Source of the DNA: Octopus sinensis
Taxonomy: Eukaryota
DNA: 64,000 bases
Reading direction: 5' to 3'
Assembly (NCBI RefSeq): GCF_006345805.1
Contig: NC_043015.1
Span: 45,322,001-45,386,000, forward strand
Below are positions 63,526-64,000 of the stretch, piece after piece. Under the pieces are notes generated by a model, which was not told the origin of the DNA, did not search any database, and saw nothing but the letters and a program-made list of their open reading frames with translations. The translations under genes and the position numbers were made by a program. How positions within the stretch are numbered: the stretch's first letter is position 1; each line of letters starts with the position of its first letter.

Positions 63526-64000
63526 TTGCCCAAGGTGCTACATGGTGGGGCTGAACTTGAAACCACATGGTTGCAAAGCAAACTTCTTAACCACCCATCT
63601 ATGCCTGCGCCTTTACATTCTGAGTTCAAATCCTGCCAAGTTCAACACAGTCTTTAATCCTTCAGGGGGGTCAATAAAGTTTCGTACCAGTAAAGTCCTG
63701 GGATTAATTTAGTATTTCTATATATAATGATGATGATGGTATTTTGTCTTGGATATGTTTTAGTCTCACAGAGTGAGTTTTCTCCTCCTCTTTCTGAAAA
63801 CTCTCCTGGCAGCTAGCTATTCTCTCCAACTAGGTAAACTGAAGCAAGAATATTTAATTGTCATATTCAGAGCAAAATAGTAATAATGATAATAAATAAA
63901 TAAATATTTTAAAAAAACAAAAATACATATAAAACTGCCTGCAGTGGAATATAATATGTATTTGTAGCTGAAAAGGCCAAGGGTATTGTTGGGAAGATAT

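Overview
AT-rich, microsatellite-dense eukaryotic genomic DNA with one 100-N scaffold gap (49426-49525). The repeat landscape looks like an octopus (coleoid cephalopod) genome; this is an inference from repeat-family resemblance, not a database result. Most of the window is tRNA-derived SINEs (families labelled A-E here), a further dispersed repeat (F), TTAA-CCC...GGG-TTAA piggyBac-type MITEs, hAT/mariner-type relics, RTE LINE 3' fragments and long (TA/CA/GA/GAT)n arrays. Nearly all ORFs in the supplied track are translations of microsatellites or SINEs. Non-obvious content found by reading the sequence: (1) a decayed Penelope-like element (RT plus C-terminal GIY-YIG, Naiad-like) at ~45600-47060 (-); (2) minimal type I hammerhead-ribozyme motifs, one with a canonical core at 30744-30785 (-) and two copies of a repeat with a variant CCGACGA core at ~25365 and ~53868 (-); (3) a chain of phase-compatible small exons of an unidentified minus-strand gene (49739 to 39969, possibly continuing to 33477 and 26390), two of them bracketed by an inverted duplication; (4) unusual SINE architectures (fold-back dimers, recurrent multimers, a 61-bp target duplication, a TSD-punctuated triplet) and several fold-back MITEs; (5) two near-identical tandem duplications that may be assembly artefacts. 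No CRISPR array, rRNA or genuine tRNA gene is supported.
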